A DNA stretch of 54,197 nucleotides, the filler included, from Catajapyx aquilonaris (lineage: Eukaryota): NCBI GenBank assembly GCA_000934665.2. It is 2 parts of 2 records of this genome, joined end to end, with 100 filler letters (N's around TTAATTAATTAA, not from the genome) between each part and the next. Parts side by side here need not be neighbours in the genome. Positions count along the whole stretch, not along the records: positions 1 to 27,013 come from JYFJ02005129.1; 1 more part is not named here. One strand, 5' to 3'. This document shows, one piece after another, positions 11,242 through 25,165 of this stretch; position 1 is the stretch's first letter; each line of letters starts with the position of its first letter. The notes under the pieces are model-generated. The model did no database searches, was not told the origin of the DNA, and worked only from the letters and a program-made list of their open reading frames with translations. Both the position numbers and the translations under genes were made by a program.

Positions 11242-12548
11242 GGGTAAATAGTGAAAAACCTGCAATTTCATGACCCAGCTAATTTCTGGAATTAATATAA
11301 CATTAATATAAATTTAATTGATATATTAATTAATATTATTATTATATAATATTAATTAATATTAATATAACATGCAAAGAAATAAGATTGCAACTTGCGG
11401 AATACGGGGCACATAACAAATATGTAATGAGAAAATTATTTCAGATTTTTCATTAGGTCACAGAGTGTGACACGTCACGTCCGTAGCTTGTCCCAACCTT
11501 CACTTTCGTAGTTTTGTCAATTTTTATGCAAGGCATAAGATGTTATTTCACTTTTTATATTAGAGTAATGGAGAAAGGAATACTGAAGGTATAAAGGCTA
11601 GTGCATTCTTTGTCCTGAAGTTCCAAATTGCATCGATTTTATTGCAAGAGTAATTTTGTCCCAAGGTTTCTCGTCACGTCCGTGGACAAAAACAAAACCT
11701 GTTATAAAATCATCCAAGAAGCAGAAATGTGCAGGATTTTTGTCTTTTTGCTTGCTGATGCAGCCATATTGAGAAGCTGAATCAAAAACCTGTTGGGTTG
11801 GTTGCTTGAAGACGTGTAATTCTGCTCTAAACGTCACATTTAGTGAAGTGTCGAGATCAGTGCGCCACGTCTGTGGCACCTGGTAAATGTAGGTAAGCAG
11901 TTCAAATTTCAATTTTTGCTCAAGTACGTGTGCTATTAGATACAAAGAGCTTACTCATTTCAACTCAAAGTTTGTAACCTAAACTTACCATGTTTTACGT
12001 GGAATAAACAGAGTTTGTCACGTCTGTGGACACTACCCGTCCACAGGCGCCCCTAGGCAGGGTCAGATGTTCAAGGACATGATTTTAATAACCTATTTGA
12101 ATGTTTTGGACCATCTATACCATGTTTCTAATGCACTCATAGCTGTACACTACTTATTGTCAGGTGTAAGCATACGGATAGGTCTCGAGTATACTCTGAA
12201 TTTCCACATTTCTTGTTTCATCGCATTTGAAGCTATTTGAAGTATTACTTACATTTATATTGCGAACTGTGCTAGCCACTTGGTTCGGTCTACACCCTGT
12301 GCCACACTTAGTTCGTCAAGGTCAAGTAGGCTCTGTATTCTTAACTGTGTGTACGGCGTATACACCTGTAGATTCAGCATTCTTATAATTTATTTAAAAA
12401 TGTGAAATATAAGTCTACGATCTCGGCCGTTATTTTTGTGGGAACACCACAGGTAATAACTATTTTTATTTAAAAAATTATATCTTTCAAGGACATTTAC
12501 ATTTATTTTTTTTGGAAATGAAATTACACCTTTTTTCACTATTGACCC
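11242..12548. mobile_element. Putative non-autonomous TIR DNA element
   Basis: gggtaaatagtgaaaaacctgcaatttcat vs reverse complement of atgaaattacaccttttttcactattgaccc; internal repeats of gtcacgtc(c/t)gt(gg/ag). Superfamily unclear. Confidence 0.45.
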
Positions 12549-12699
12549 TTACATATAAAACTTTCCTGTCTAACAAAGTCTAGCCATTGCATTGCCAGGA
12601 AATTTTCTGCATGGAACAGCCCAAGTCCATACTCAATAGGAGTGAAATATGTGACGATACAGACAGCGTACTCCAGCAAACAGAGACAGCAATAATTAA

Positions 12700-12935
12700 A
12701 ACAATTTTATTTTATTTATTTTATTTTTATTTATTGTACCCCGTGATGAGAGACCCTTACGGGTTCTATAGGGGGTGTGGTACACCACCATTTTTCTTCC
12801 AGTTTTCCTGGTTAACTTCACTTGAGTGCAGGGAATCAAGGACATTGGGTAAGGATAGGGATTTTTGGGGAGGGACCATAGGTGCAAGTGCAATGTCTTA
12901 AGGGCCGTTCCAAGATCACATACGTGACATTGGTA
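12700..12935 (-). mobile_element. 5'-truncated SINE-like retroposon with shared stem-loop tail
   Basis: Minus strand ends ccccctatagaacccgtaagggtctctcatcacggggta then (A3-5T)n; contains agacattgcacttgcac also present in the SINE at 19720-20065. Confidence 0.6.
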
Positions 12936-13446
12936 CACGTTTTTTCCCTGAAATCATTTTTAAAGCAGTAGTAAAACTAAACATTTTGATGGACTTAACT
13001 CTGACATCTAAATTGGCATCAGCACTGATATATCTAGTCTGCATGATATTTTCTTACTACCTCACAAAGTCGCAATAGCAGTTAACGAGTATCATATTGT
13101 AATTAGCAATGCAACACACTATCCACAACCCAATATGAATTATATTAATTGCTCGGTCTGTCTGTGGACATTACACTCCACGGTCGTTTTCACCATAGCC
13201 AGTAGAATAAGCTCAAGTGGTCCACAAAAATGCAGGTTGAAAAGGACAACATGGGCAACAACACTCGGGTTCCTCCTACAATCCTCCTTGCGCTGCCACC
13301 ATATATCTGGATGCCTTTTCATACCCTTCTCACCTTTGCCCTTCGAAGCATCAATAATCATGTGACCAATCAGCATGAGCCACAACTATTATGCCGACAC
13401 AAGACATCATGCCAAAGGCTATAATGAGACATGGTGGGATATACAC

Positions 13447-14223
13447 CAGGGTTGGCTGGTTTAAACCATGTTGGTTTAAACCATGTTTTAAATCAAGAGG
13501 TTTTTAAAAAATAAACCATCATGGTTTTAAAAATGAAATGTAATCCCAATTACTGTTAAAATTTACTTATTTATGTTACTGCAAAATTATCCAAATTTAA
13601 ATCATTCAATAAACTATTTAAATTAACCTAATGAGTAGGGTCAGGTGGGGTAAAAGTCTAGTGTTTATAGTGATGTGAAAACGTAAACAGAAAATACAAA
13701 CAGAAAAATGGTTTCAACAAGATAAATAATGTTTGTAGTTATTTTATCTTTTAATGTTTAAATCATTCATAAGGCTGTTGTAGGCATAGAAGATAGCTTG
13801 TTAGTGCTTTTTGAACTCAAGTTATAAATTTAGTTCATTAGTTTTAGTATTGTACAGTATTATACAATGCCACTACTTTGTTCTTTGTTTACTTGTATTG
13901 TAACTTTTAAGCAATATTTCTGTATGAAATCTCTACATTGTACGTAGTTCTCAAAATACTGCGCATAATATCATATTTTGTGATTCAGCTTTCAATTTGC
14001 CAGATAATCATAATTTTGAGCAAGATACATTTTCTTAATCAAACATATAACTTATTATTTACGTGACTATGAGTTGAGAATGGGCATATGTACTGTACAC
14101 ATATAAGAAGCCACAATTTGTTTAAATTAATTTAAACCGAAAATTTGAAATTAAACCTGTTTTATTTATTTTTTAAATGGGTTTTTTGGTTGCTGTTTTT
14201 TAAACGGTTTTTTTCCAACCCTG
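13447..14223. mobile_element. Non-autonomous hAT element
   Basis: TIRs cagggttgg / ccaaccctg with perfect 8-bp TSD atatacac (13439-13446, 14224-14231); subterminal ggtttaaacc repeats. Confidence 0.88.
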
Positions 14224-16129
14224 ATATACACAAATGAGACCAAATGGGACATTGCACCCCAACATACCATCATGTAACCACATGATTAGAAAAAAAAGCT
14301 CTCTTCCTGTCCATTGGTGGTTGTGCGGTTCAGGGTGTTACTACTAGGATCCAGTCAAAGCTGTCCAATGAGAAGCCAAAAATACTAGTTTTGTCAACTC
14401 ATACATAACAGAATCACACCAACCCTTTCGAAATACCCTTTACACTGGTGCCCATGAGGTCAGGTGTGAGGACATCTGGCAGAAGCAGTCTTCCTCCACA
14501 ACGCAACAATATGGAATGCTCTGGCCCTGACTGTTAAAGCTGCAGGGGCCAACTAAGCCCCAGGGCAACTTGCCCCCCACATCAAAAACACTGACACTCC
14601 CTGGAGAGTGTCTGCAAATGGTAAAAGCAGTTTTGAGGGATGAAACGGGTATAAGGGAAGGAATGCAACAAACTTGTTCTAACAGGGATACATTTTTAAA
14701 ATACTGGCATATCAAGCAGCCTCTGATGTTAAATCAACACCAAAATCACGGGTCAACTTAGGAAAATGTCATGTGCCTGCTTATTTAATCAAGTGCGTCA
14801 TCACCGTCCACAACTTGTATCATTATAGCTAGGCGCCGGTCTAAAAATGTTACAACTAGCTGCTTCAGTAATCGCAGTTTTCGAGTAACTCCAGCATCAC
14901 CCATTGTTCTGATAGTGCCAATTACCAGTAATACTTATAAATAGCATGCACATAATAATAGTCCTGGGTCAGGGGTGTTTAAACTGCAGGTGGGAAGGGG
15001 CCAAGGTAGGAATGAGAATACAGGAAAAACAACAATAAAACTAGCAACAACTAACACTAGATGACCAGCCTCTTATGCTCCCCTGCTCTGAAGACAGACA
15101 TTTCTGAAAACAATCATGCTGGATGGTATTAGTGGTGCTGCCATACCAGGTTGCCATTATTAGAAGTACGTAGTGAGTGATTGACTGGAGTAACCAGAAA
15201 ATGTGCAAACATGCAATTATCATTGGAACGTCTGGTGTTGTGCTGACATGTTTTGAGAATGAGAACTGAAGAATAAATCTTGCTTATAAATCAAGACAGA
15301 TTAGACGCTTGTCCATTGCCTAAACTAAGCAATCACAAGGCGACATTTCCTAGCAGGAGATATTGTGGGCCTACATGTTTTAAGGTGTGAATTCTGACTG
15401 AGATTGGTACTACAGTATAAACACGCTGCTCGCATTTAATTTTTCTGCTTACAATGTGGTACGTACATGTCACTGTGTTCAGTTTTATAATGGGCGATAT
15501 TTTCTGGGTTGTATAGGTTTAAAACAAATATACAGTATAAGGTTTAGATATTTACTAAGAAGCAAATGCATTGGTGAGTAATGGTACACACAGGGAGGCT
15601 TACTGTTTCTGATCAAGTGCAATTGATAACTTGCTATTGAGAACCAATACCCGACCAATACCAACACTTAACTGTTATTGTTGAATCTGGTTGAATCCAA
15701 TACGTTTCTTTGTCTCATCAAATAATAACTGCACCTGCTTCAGTGCAGGGTTTTCCTTACAAACCTAGTTAAAATCACATGCTTTTATTTCGACCTGAAT
15801 GACCTTCATAAATTGTGTATGATATCGCATTAAAACAGAAAGTAGGTCCTATATGTCTAGATCTCTAGAACATCATGAGGAAACTGGAGGTCATTGAGAT
15901 ATGCACTCAAAACAAGGAATTCCGTGATCATGCAAATCGTGATGGGCCTAGTACAGTCTGGTACAGTAACTGAAATTCTGGTGCTCTCATACAGATGAAT
16001 AAATACAGACATTTTAGAGTTGGAGTTAAAATTAGGTACATTAGGTCCGTGATGAAAGTTGGCATAATCACTTTAAAATTGTGCAATTTTTATAAAAGGC
16101 AAAATTTGTGACGACTTTGTGCTTTTCCC

Positions 16130-16363
16130 ACCTCTCTCGGACTTCCCGCCACTTCTTGTCTTTCGTGTCATGGCGGCTCAGATTGTCCATAACAAAGATG
16201 GCGGCCAGTTCTCCCTTCTAGAATACTGCTATCTCATTGGGGGATCCCCAGACCCGACGTGGGTGGGGGCGTTTTACCGCAGGCCATCACTCCGTTTGTG
16301 CGGCCGAGCGGCTCCTGTAGTCCTGTTGTGGTTGTACCACGTACTCTCCGGTGCATTCATTTG
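16130..16363 (+). promoter_or_regulatory. Probable promoter and non-coding first exon of the RhoGDI gene
   Basis: CpG-rich patch with E2F-like ttcccgcc (16143-16150), YY1 consensus AAGATGGCGGC (16195-16205) and strong donor gtgagt at 16364; a pyrimidine-rich acceptor precedes the ATG at 17581. Confidence 0.6.
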
Positions 16364-16869
16364 GTGAGTGTCAGCTTTCAATGGTGTCGAATCTATGCTA
16401 TTCCTCTAGGCATTTTGATAGTCACGTGACGGGAGATTGTGAAAGGTGGATAGGCCTCGAAAAATATTTTACCATTTTTATGAGTCTTATCGATAGGAAG
16501 GAGTTGCAAACTGGTAATCTGCCCGCGTCACTTGGTAGGAGAGATTGTGTGTGCGGCTGCAGTGTTGCCGCTTTTGTTTGGCTGCCCTGTTCACGTTGAA
16601 GGTAAAATAATGTTGACAGGTGTGGTCTCATGCTGTGACAGTTCGGTCAGTCAGTAGTGCGCAGTGACAGGGGAATTATTAGGCAGGTAATGGATGTGGG
16701 GGCCACCCTGCTAGTGCTGTGTCCAGTGTGATTGAGACTTGAGACTGGAATGTCAAAGATGTGACTTGAAAATATTGCGAAATATACTGGAAATATAGGA
16801 TATAATTATTAAAAAGTGAAATGAAATAGTAGCCTCATATCTGTGTAAAGTGTGCGGAGATTTTATTCA

Positions 16870-16885
16870 AGGGGGGGGGGGGAGN

Positions 16886-16919
<34 letters not shown>
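16870..16919. repeat. poly-G run followed by (GA)n microsatellite (contains one N)
   Basis: Directly visible. Confidence 0.95.
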
Positions 16920-16921
<2 letters not shown>

Positions 16922-17580
16922 TTATGAAGCTATAGGTGGCTCCGCTGGTAATTTCTTGGTCTCTGGTGACCCATGTCGCCAAGTTCTGTGTACACACTAA
17001 TGTCCACCAGGCCATTCCAAATGAATGCCCAGGTGAGACTAGATTTGCTCTTTGAGGGAGAGCTAATCATTAATTGGGGTGCACAGGCATTGCACCCATT
17101 TGCAGAGGGAGCAGGAGGGGAGCCAATGATAACAGGGCCCAGAAATAGCCATGATATACACATATAATGCTGGCTGTTCTGCTGATGAAAATGAAAAATG
17201 GCCCAGCTTTTGATAAACATTGAGCCAAGAATGTGCGAAGTAGCCAATGTGTACTGATCAAGGCATCATCAAATTATAACTGTGTTTAGTTATGCACCAG
17301 ATGTTTAGATTTTATTGCTGTCAGCAATGTGCGAGCAATCTTCGGTTCCTGTTAGCTGTTTGCGACTGTGAAGTCGTTTCGCGCTTAATTTGGACCCACG
17401 CTTAAATCCTTGTACAAGTGCCAAGAGCATGTGAGCAACTCCTACACATGTGTGCTCTCATGTCAATGCCAGCAATTAAGTTGCTGCAAGTCTGAGTGAA
17501 GTTCTAGTCACAGTTTTATGCGTTGTTTGGTGAGCAGAATGACAACTTACAGCTTCCTTTTCTTTACGGTAGTTTAAAAC

Positions 17581-20500
17581 ATGTCGGAAGAAGCAGATGT
17601 TCCTCCAGCAGAAACTCCTGACCAAGAAGAACCTGCGTCAAATTACAAGCCCCCACCACAAAAGAGCTTGGGAGAAATTCTGGCTGCTGATCAGGATGAT
17701 GAGAGTTTGAGAAAATATAAAGAAGCTCTCTTGGGAAGTGCAGTGGAAGGAAATGTTATTATTGGTAAGTGTAGTAGTGCCACAAAAATCAAGTGGTTTG
17801 TGTTATGAGGGAGTGATACCAGATGTTACGTTCAAAATACTTCAGAGTCATTTTTGTAGCATGTATGGACCATATGAATTTTTGGCAGTGCAAGCATTTT
17901 AGAGATTGGTCCTCTTGATTTGAGGTTGATGATTAAGATTGTCAACTTGGAAATGGCCCACCATGCTGAAGTGGTTGTGACATGGATATTGAAGCATCCT
18001 TTATTTATATGTTCATATAAGATGAGCTGTAAAATTTCGTTCACATTACGCATCCCCACCAGTTTGTAAGGAGTAGGAGGGGGGGAGATAGGGGCTTGAA
18101 AACTGCACGAGCCTCACTTAATTCATGCCATCTAGAATTAGCAGAGGACAACAGGAGCCATAAGGTGGGATTTATTGAGCATTTCAATCGTGATGCTTCC
18201 ATGCAGCTAGCTTCCTGTGACCAAAAAAGTTGCACATGTGTAGGATGTAGCTAACTGAGGCACATCTTGTGTAAGGGCCATAATTTTTTGATAGTGATGA
18301 TCATTATTCATGCATAGAGTTTAACTGCAAATGCATTCGACCTTACCATGTGTGATGTGAACATGGCACCTGTTACTTTACACTGGAAGTGCAAGTATGG
18401 TGCATGTGCTTAGCTGATGAAGTAGGGGAGGGCATGGCATTTTAATGCATAACAGTTGCTTCCAGAATGCTAGCAAATATGGTAAGTAATATGTGGGATG
18501 CTAATGTTGTTTTGAGCACTAAGATACGAGGGTAGTCAAACATTTATTGGCAACACTGCTGTAATTTTCGTATCAGTGTGGGTACACACTTGAACATTTC
18601 ACATTCTTAAGATGTAATCCCCAGCCATTTTTATGGCATTTTTTCATATCTCTGGAAGGCTTCTAACACCGTCAGAAACATCTTTTGTGGAGGTGCCACG
18701 CATAGACAGCCCTAAGACATGCTTCCCTCATACAGAAAAGAAAGTCATGCAGGGGTTTCTTCATTTTTGGAGTTGATTGTAGTCACACGTACTCATGTCA
18801 GGTGAATAGGGAAGATGTTCCAACAGCTCCCATTCACATATTTCAAGAGGTTTCTGAACAGCAATGGCAACAGGACAGCGAGCGTTGTAGTGGAAGACAC
18901 ATGGGGCCTCTCTGCAACAAATCCTTCCTCTTAAGGCAAATTTATTGGTGGAGATGATGTAGCAAGTATGATATAGATGCTGCTTTCCAATATCCTGTGC
19001 CAATTCCATGCAGGTCCATCGCCGGTTCATATCCAACTGAGTTGTCACAGCTTCGACATGGGTTAGGTCTGTTGCGGTGTGGGAGGGGACCTTCTTTAAA
19101 AGCTTGTACCAACCTAGCAATGGTACGATACTGAGTCACCACATGCCTGCACAAGACCTTGATAGTGTTGTATGGCAGATTTTCCACATGCAACAGGGAT
19201 CTTGATGAAGTAGGGCTGCCTTAGGTTGATTGCATGGATGGGGACACATTGAACAGGCACTGCTCCATACATATTGAGTTGCAACTGCTTCATGAATGGC
19301 ACCGTCAATTTCCTGGGGTTATCTCTAAAAGTTCCTATCTACATTTGGTCCTAGCAGCTAGGGGTGCCGAGTAGTAACAAGTGTTGCCAATAATTGTTAA
19401 ACAATCCTCGTATTTTGTGGAATGGGTGTGTTATGGCATGAATGAGTAGTGAAAGCCATAATTGCTTTTTCAAGTACATGTTCTGGGGGCATGTAGCGAA
19501 GGCAATGACAACTTAATTAGTACATCGGATCCCTGGAGAAGAAAATGTCACCTTATGACATTGTGTTGGAGAAATAGGGTAGACACAACCTGACCTTGAT
19601 TATCTCAGTGTACTTGAACAGTATATGATTACTGTGTATGAAGACCTCAGGGGAAGAACGATCAATGTCCACCTCAGGTGAAACTGAGATATTCCAGTTT
19701 CAAATTTCGAAGGCCCATAACATAATGATGATGATACTAATCCCGGTAGTGCACGATCTCATTCCGAGATATATGGCACGGACCTTTATTACTCATATAC
19801 ATTAGTATACATCAGGACCTTATTGCGAAACGCCTGGGCGGACAGGCAGGCTGGGGGGGGGGATGTCCAAAGTGCAAGTGCAATGTCTGAAAAATGTACA
19901 TTTTGTGAACTCCCCCGCGTGGGTTAGTCGATCGGAGATTCCACCCGAGATGTAGCCAGAGACGACCTAACTCTGCACAAGATGAAGGGGGGAAAGCCTG
20001 GGCTTGGGATTGAACCCGGGACCCTCACATTTGTGTGCGCATATGTTATCGCAGCGCCACTCTGCTCGAAGGCCCATACGGTTCTATTGTAAATCCCACT
20101 TTTGGGAGCCTTCCATAGTGATGAACCACGACCAAACCATCATATTCTGCACTGGTTCGACTATCTTCTGAGATATGTAACTCATTTTTGACAAAACATG
20201 GGCCTTGATCATTCTTCCCCCGTGGTCTTCATATATGTTATGGTAAAAAGGCATATAAATGCTTCATTGACTTGCCTGTTTAACATGTATAACAAACCAA
20301 TCTTTTTCTAGCAGTGAACCTTGAAAATTCTTCTATCAATAAAGTGTACAGACATGCTCCACTTTACCTGAACAAAATGTCACTCTTGGTTTGCAGATCC
20401 AAATGATCTTCGAAATGTTCTTGTGAAGAAATTGGCCTTGCTGGTGGAAGGAAGACCTGACATGGAACTTGACTTGAGCGGTGACATTTCTCAATTGAAG

Positions 20501-20942
20501 AGTCAGGTACTGCACTGGGGTGTGACACTATTACAGTAATTCCAAATGCTAATTGAGCCTCATCTAAACAGGTGTTTGTAATCAAAGAGGGAGTACCTTA
20601 TCGCATACGCATTGACTTCAATGTCCAGAGAGAGATTGTTCATGGGTTGAAGTATGTCCAGAAGACCTACCGCAAAGGAATTCAAGGCAAGTATTGTTGA
20701 AGGTATTCTTAGAATATTTCAGTAAGCTTTCCCTTCTTTCAACAGTGGACAAGATGACCCATATGGTGGGAAGTTATGCTCCTCGAAACGAGCTGCATTC
20801 ATACTTCACTCCACAGGAGGAGGCACCTTCTGGCCTGATAGCTCGGGGGAGTTATTCCATCTCGTCCAACTTCACAGATGATGACAAGAATGTGCACCTC
20901 AAGTGGGAGTGGTGTTTTGAAATCAAGAAGGATTGGCAGTGA
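17581..20942 (+). CDS. RhoGDI: Rho GDP-dissociation inhibitor, 4 coding exons, 201 aa
   Basis: Exons 17581-17764, 20397-20506, 20572-20686, 20746-20942 (606 nt). Motifs [110 protein letters not shown]. Last intron is GC-AG. Confidence 0.97.
18525..19412 (-). mobile_element. Decayed mariner transposon in RhoGDI intron
   Basis: TA-flanked TIRs cgagggtagtcaaacatttattggcaacac / gtgttgccaataattgttaaacaatcctcg; minus-strand remnants [45 protein letters not shown] in different frames. Confidence 0.88.
19637..20233. mobile_element. MITE interrupted by a SINE insertion
   Basis: TIRs tatgaagacctcaggggaagaacgatcaa / ttgatcattcttccccgtggtcttcata. Confidence 0.7.
19720..20065 (-). mobile_element. tRNA-derived SINE, family C
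   Basis: 13-bp TSD tcgaaggcccata (19707-19719, 20066-20078); minus-strand head gcagagtggcgctgcgat...gggttcaatccc (B box); (CAT)n-like tail. Confidence 0.8.
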
Positions 20943-23384
20943 GTGTCCGCAATGAAGAGAGATCCTATGCCTGAAGGGTTTGATTTTTCAGGTGATTCTT
21001 TCTGATGACTACTAATGACTTGTGGTGTGTAAAGGATTTCCATTTTTCTTCTCTTCCTTAAGATGGTGGCCTTGAACAACTTTTGATGTCCACGTAATTT
21101 TGTGTTGTGTATTTTTGCAACAAACTTGGGGATAACATCTATAATTGTTTAGAAAGGAGGGGAATGTCAGGAATCAATGAAAAAATATTGCTGATCTTCA
21201 CTACAAAATAACATCTGTGTTATTTAAATAAAGGCCAACGCCGTCATTCTAGTGTCGGCTCAATATCAATGCTCAGTGTAGCAACGTACCAGGGTAGATG
21301 TATGTCAAAAAGAGAGTCTTGTCCTAAATTTGTGCTGTTGTTGGGCCATCCTAATCATTGTCCTGCCTCCTCTCAACATTTTTTTGTCTTTTTTTGCCTA
21401 TAAGTATTGTTTTCTTCCTTACGCCAGGACCATGCCTTTCTGGGAATAAGTCACTTTTATGTTTTGGCCATGTAGAGCCTGGTGTTGATTAGACCTTAGA
21501 GAAAAGCTGATATGGTATGTGTGTTTGATCTTCTCAAGATGTTTATTTGTGTAATTGAAGACCCATAGGATTTCTATGTTGAAACGACGCCTGCAAGTTG
21601 AAATAGTAATTGTTAAAATAATAATTGTGGGTAAAACCCTTGTCCATCTTGGAGCATTTGGCACGGAACTGATGTTTTTGAAACTCATTGTGCATATTTG
21701 ATATGTGAATGTTTTCCAAAGTTACTGGGCACTTAAGCGTGGGATTAAGAATAACATAAAGGTGTACTTGATTGCACAATGGTGCTCTTTGCTCTTATGT
21801 GTATTCCACAATAGACAGCTTGAGTGACTTCCAACTCTTCAATAAGAACATAATTGATAAAGATAGTATTGCGATTGGCTAGGTTCTGCCTATCCATGGA
21901 TGCAAGCATTCCATACAACTTGGCCTCTTCTATGCTGATTGAAATGGGAACATCTTAGAAAGTATGTGGCAGGTGATACAGCTCCACTCCCCAGTGTTTT
22001 TGCAGTCTGAGCCGTGTCTTATGCTCCAACTCTTTAGCTAGTACACATTATTACAATACAATATTTTTGGTAGGCTTCAAAGGAACTAATAAATTTACAA
22101 ATTGCTTGGTTTCATAACAACTGTCATTGGTGCTAAACACGCGTTATTTCCAAGATTGGCTCAAAATTTCGTCATATAGCTTAGGTCCATTGACTGATCC
22201 ACTTGTACATGATTAAGAATGAAGGCTGCAAGTAAACTGCAGTTGTGTGTAATTATTATCAAAGCCTTCTTCCTTGCTTACTACAGATAATTGCATAATT
22301 GATTCCCTTATAGTTGCATTTAACTTGATTATTTCCACTGGTAGTTTTTGGGTAGATCATTTCATTGCTAATAACATGTAGTGATGCCAGATGGATATAT
22401 TCGTTATGCTATTGTAGTGTATGTTGTTTGTGTTTTCCTGTTATGTCCTCCACACAAGTGCCACATGTACTCTTGGTTGCGAAGAAAACTTCCATTCTCA
22501 ATATTTTAGTGGATGTGAAGTATGCAAAATGTGGCCAAACCTGTGTAAAAGTTTGCCTCTGTGCCTCATGTCATTTTTTCTGATCTTTTGCTCTGTGAAG
22601 TAGCAGTAACGGGTCAAAACTCCAGCTTCATTTTTCCAAGTTGGCAATTGCCAGCCTACTAAGAAGGGTGTTGCCTTCGGAGTTTCCTGTGATGCAAGTT
22701 GCCTACCAAGTTTCTAAAATTAAAGCAGTGCATTCTGAAACGTAACAAATCTCTTGTTTGAGTACTAATAAAATATGAATACAAATTTGTTAGGTGCATT
22801 ACCCCTTTTTGGGATAAGGGCATAAAATACTGAGTTCATTGACAAAAAACAAAATACATATAGGTCCTTTTCTCTGATGCTTGGATACCACCAAGAAGGG
22901 AACGGTTACAGTGTTATGTACAAGTAGTGCAAAGGTGGCATATTCACCATTTATGTGGGTAGGTATTATGATTGAAATTCCACCTGATCTGGACTTCACT
23001 TGAATGAGAAAGTAATATCTTGGGGGTACAAGAGTGTTGTTATTGCTTCACTTGATATTCCGCAATTGGTTTGAGTTTGGCCCATGAGTAGATACAACTT
23101 GCATCTCAATCCATGGGCCCAGATATTGGACTTGGTTCCATCAAACTAGTCAAGTTTTGGGATGCACTGTTTCAATAAGTTCTGCCATTTCTGTCCTCGA
23201 GATATTAAGAGAAAATTTCAAGCACCTGCCATATCCTAGGAAAAATGTGTGTAGTCACACATCTAATTCACTGTTGCTTTTAAAACTGTCCGATCAATAT
23301 TCAGCATTCTGGAATATTGCAATGTGCCAAGGGAAATTTTTTACTACTGTGGCTAGACTATTGGGATGGTTTGAAGGGACACTG

Positions 23385-23550
23385 TGGCCTTGTGCCTAGT
23401 GGTTATGCCACTACCCAGCCAAGCTGGAGGTCCAGGGGTCCAGATCCCATCCCTATCACCTTCACTTGGTTGGGTCTTTTTACACTTTTCTACTGGTGGG
23501 TCTGGGCAGACTTGCACTCCCTTCTCTGCCCAGGGTCAAGAGAAAAGGTG
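23385..23550 (+). mobile_element. tRNA-derived SINE, family B, degenerate copy
   Basis: ctagtggttatgccactacccagccaagctggagg...cttgcactcccttctctgcccagggtcaagagaaaagg aligns by eye with the 4150 and 24885 copies. Confidence 0.75.
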
Positions 23551-24884
23551 TGGCATTTCCAAATGACCAGAAAACTGCACAGGAATGCCCTCCCATGGAA
23601 ACCTTTCCCTGCCCCCAGGTTCAGCATGTGTATGATGTTATTAATAGTAAAGGTTCGTGCTATACCAGAATAGTGTAAAGCACTGCCCAACCCAATTATT
23701 GGGATGGTTTGGATTACTAACATCTGCTCACATGGACACTGAAGGAACTATGTTATTCAGTTCCCTCAGTGAAAGGGTATCTTCATGGTACCAATAGTTT
23801 TGCAATAACTTTTGTATTCAGTGCAGTGCTGCAACACAGCTGGTTTCATTGCGCTTTCAGCAATGCCTTTGTTCAAATTAGGGGACTTGCTCGTGCCTTG
23901 CTTATGCCAACCTTCTGCCTTGAGCATTTGGAAACTGTCATATATAATATTACATGATATTTTTTCACTGTGAGTGTACCACTATGCATTAATGAAATTT
24001 ATTTTGTGGGCTACTAAAATCCATGATACGTTCAGGCTTACAACAGCAAGATCATTCCAAGTGTTTGAAAGTTGCCTATTCCTACATTTATGAAGTGTAA
24101 GACATCTGGGGTCATAACTCCCATTCAGTGGGACCACACAGCTTTCGAAATTCCTCCTTGTGGATCATGCCCTCTTCAATGGAATAGCTGGCCCAAGTTG
24201 TCTTGCACCAGATAAACAAAGTGAAACTCCTTGATAATTACAATGCTATGCTGGTTGCACTGTGTTACTTTGGTGTCTAATCAAAGCCATTTCTGTTTAT
24301 GTCAACTGCCCGCTACTCTTGGTTACTTGTGACTCCAAATTGGAATTGTGGCTGGTTTTCAATAAATGTTCAGTATTCTAAATATATGTCATGTGTTTTC
24401 TTACCAGTTCCTCATGAAGACTTGGATGGGATGGTTTCTACCAGGGAGAGTTGAGTAAAGTCAAGGTCTATTGTGACATCACTGGATCCCTGCAATGTGG
24501 CACAGATTTTGGAGGAGTACGTATTGGGCCCGGTCTTAGTCGCATGGAGGCTCATACACCATAATGCACGCTTCCTCCTACTGGTGTCAAGACCTTAACT
24601 ACCATGTGCATATACAACGTGTGTTGATAATGTGGGTACAGTGTGATACCACAGGTGTAGAACACCATTCTGAGTGGAATAGTCCTCCAGAATTTTGTTA
24701 CAGAAATTACAGCCGAGCCACTGTGGGCCCTCAAAATGGGAGGGAAAGTTCTAAATGGCAATATATTAGAGTAAGCAATGATTTGTCTGAATGCTCACTG
24801 CTACTTGAGTAGTGCAAATTAAAAGACAATCAACAAACCTGATCAATAATTACACCACCACCACACATATTTTATATATATATT

Positions 24885-25165
24885 TTTATATTGTTACCCC
24901 GTGCTCGAGCCATTGAGGCTCGTTTTGGGGGGAGGGGAAAGGTTCCCAAGAGGGGGCATCCACGATTTATAGTCACTCACGACTCTCTCAGATCACCAGA
25001 CCTTTTCTCTGGCCCCGGGCAGCTAAGGGAGTGCAATGCTGCCCCGGCGTGTTGGGTGAAAAGCAGAAAAAGACCCGGCCAAGCAGAGGTGACGGGGACG
25101 GGATTTGAACCCCGGCCTCCAGCTTGGCTAGTCAGTGGCGTAACCACTAGACTACCATGCCTCCC
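24885..25165 (-). mobile_element. tRNA-derived SINE, family B, full-length copy
   Basis: Minus strand gggaggcatggtagtctagtggttacgccact...ggggttcaaatccc (A and B boxes), tail cccccaaaacgagcctcaatggctcgagcacggggta then AT-rich end. Confidence 0.85.

Noticed and set aside
20117..20171. C/D-box snoRNA-like pattern (gtgatga...ctga) in RhoGDI intron
   Set aside because: Short, only partial rRNA-like complementarity, and it lies inside a MITE.
24132..24165. DHTAFEIPPC peptide resembling the archease N-terminus
   Set aside because: Lacks YEYL before and DVQLHAWG after, no fitting splice sites; likely chance.
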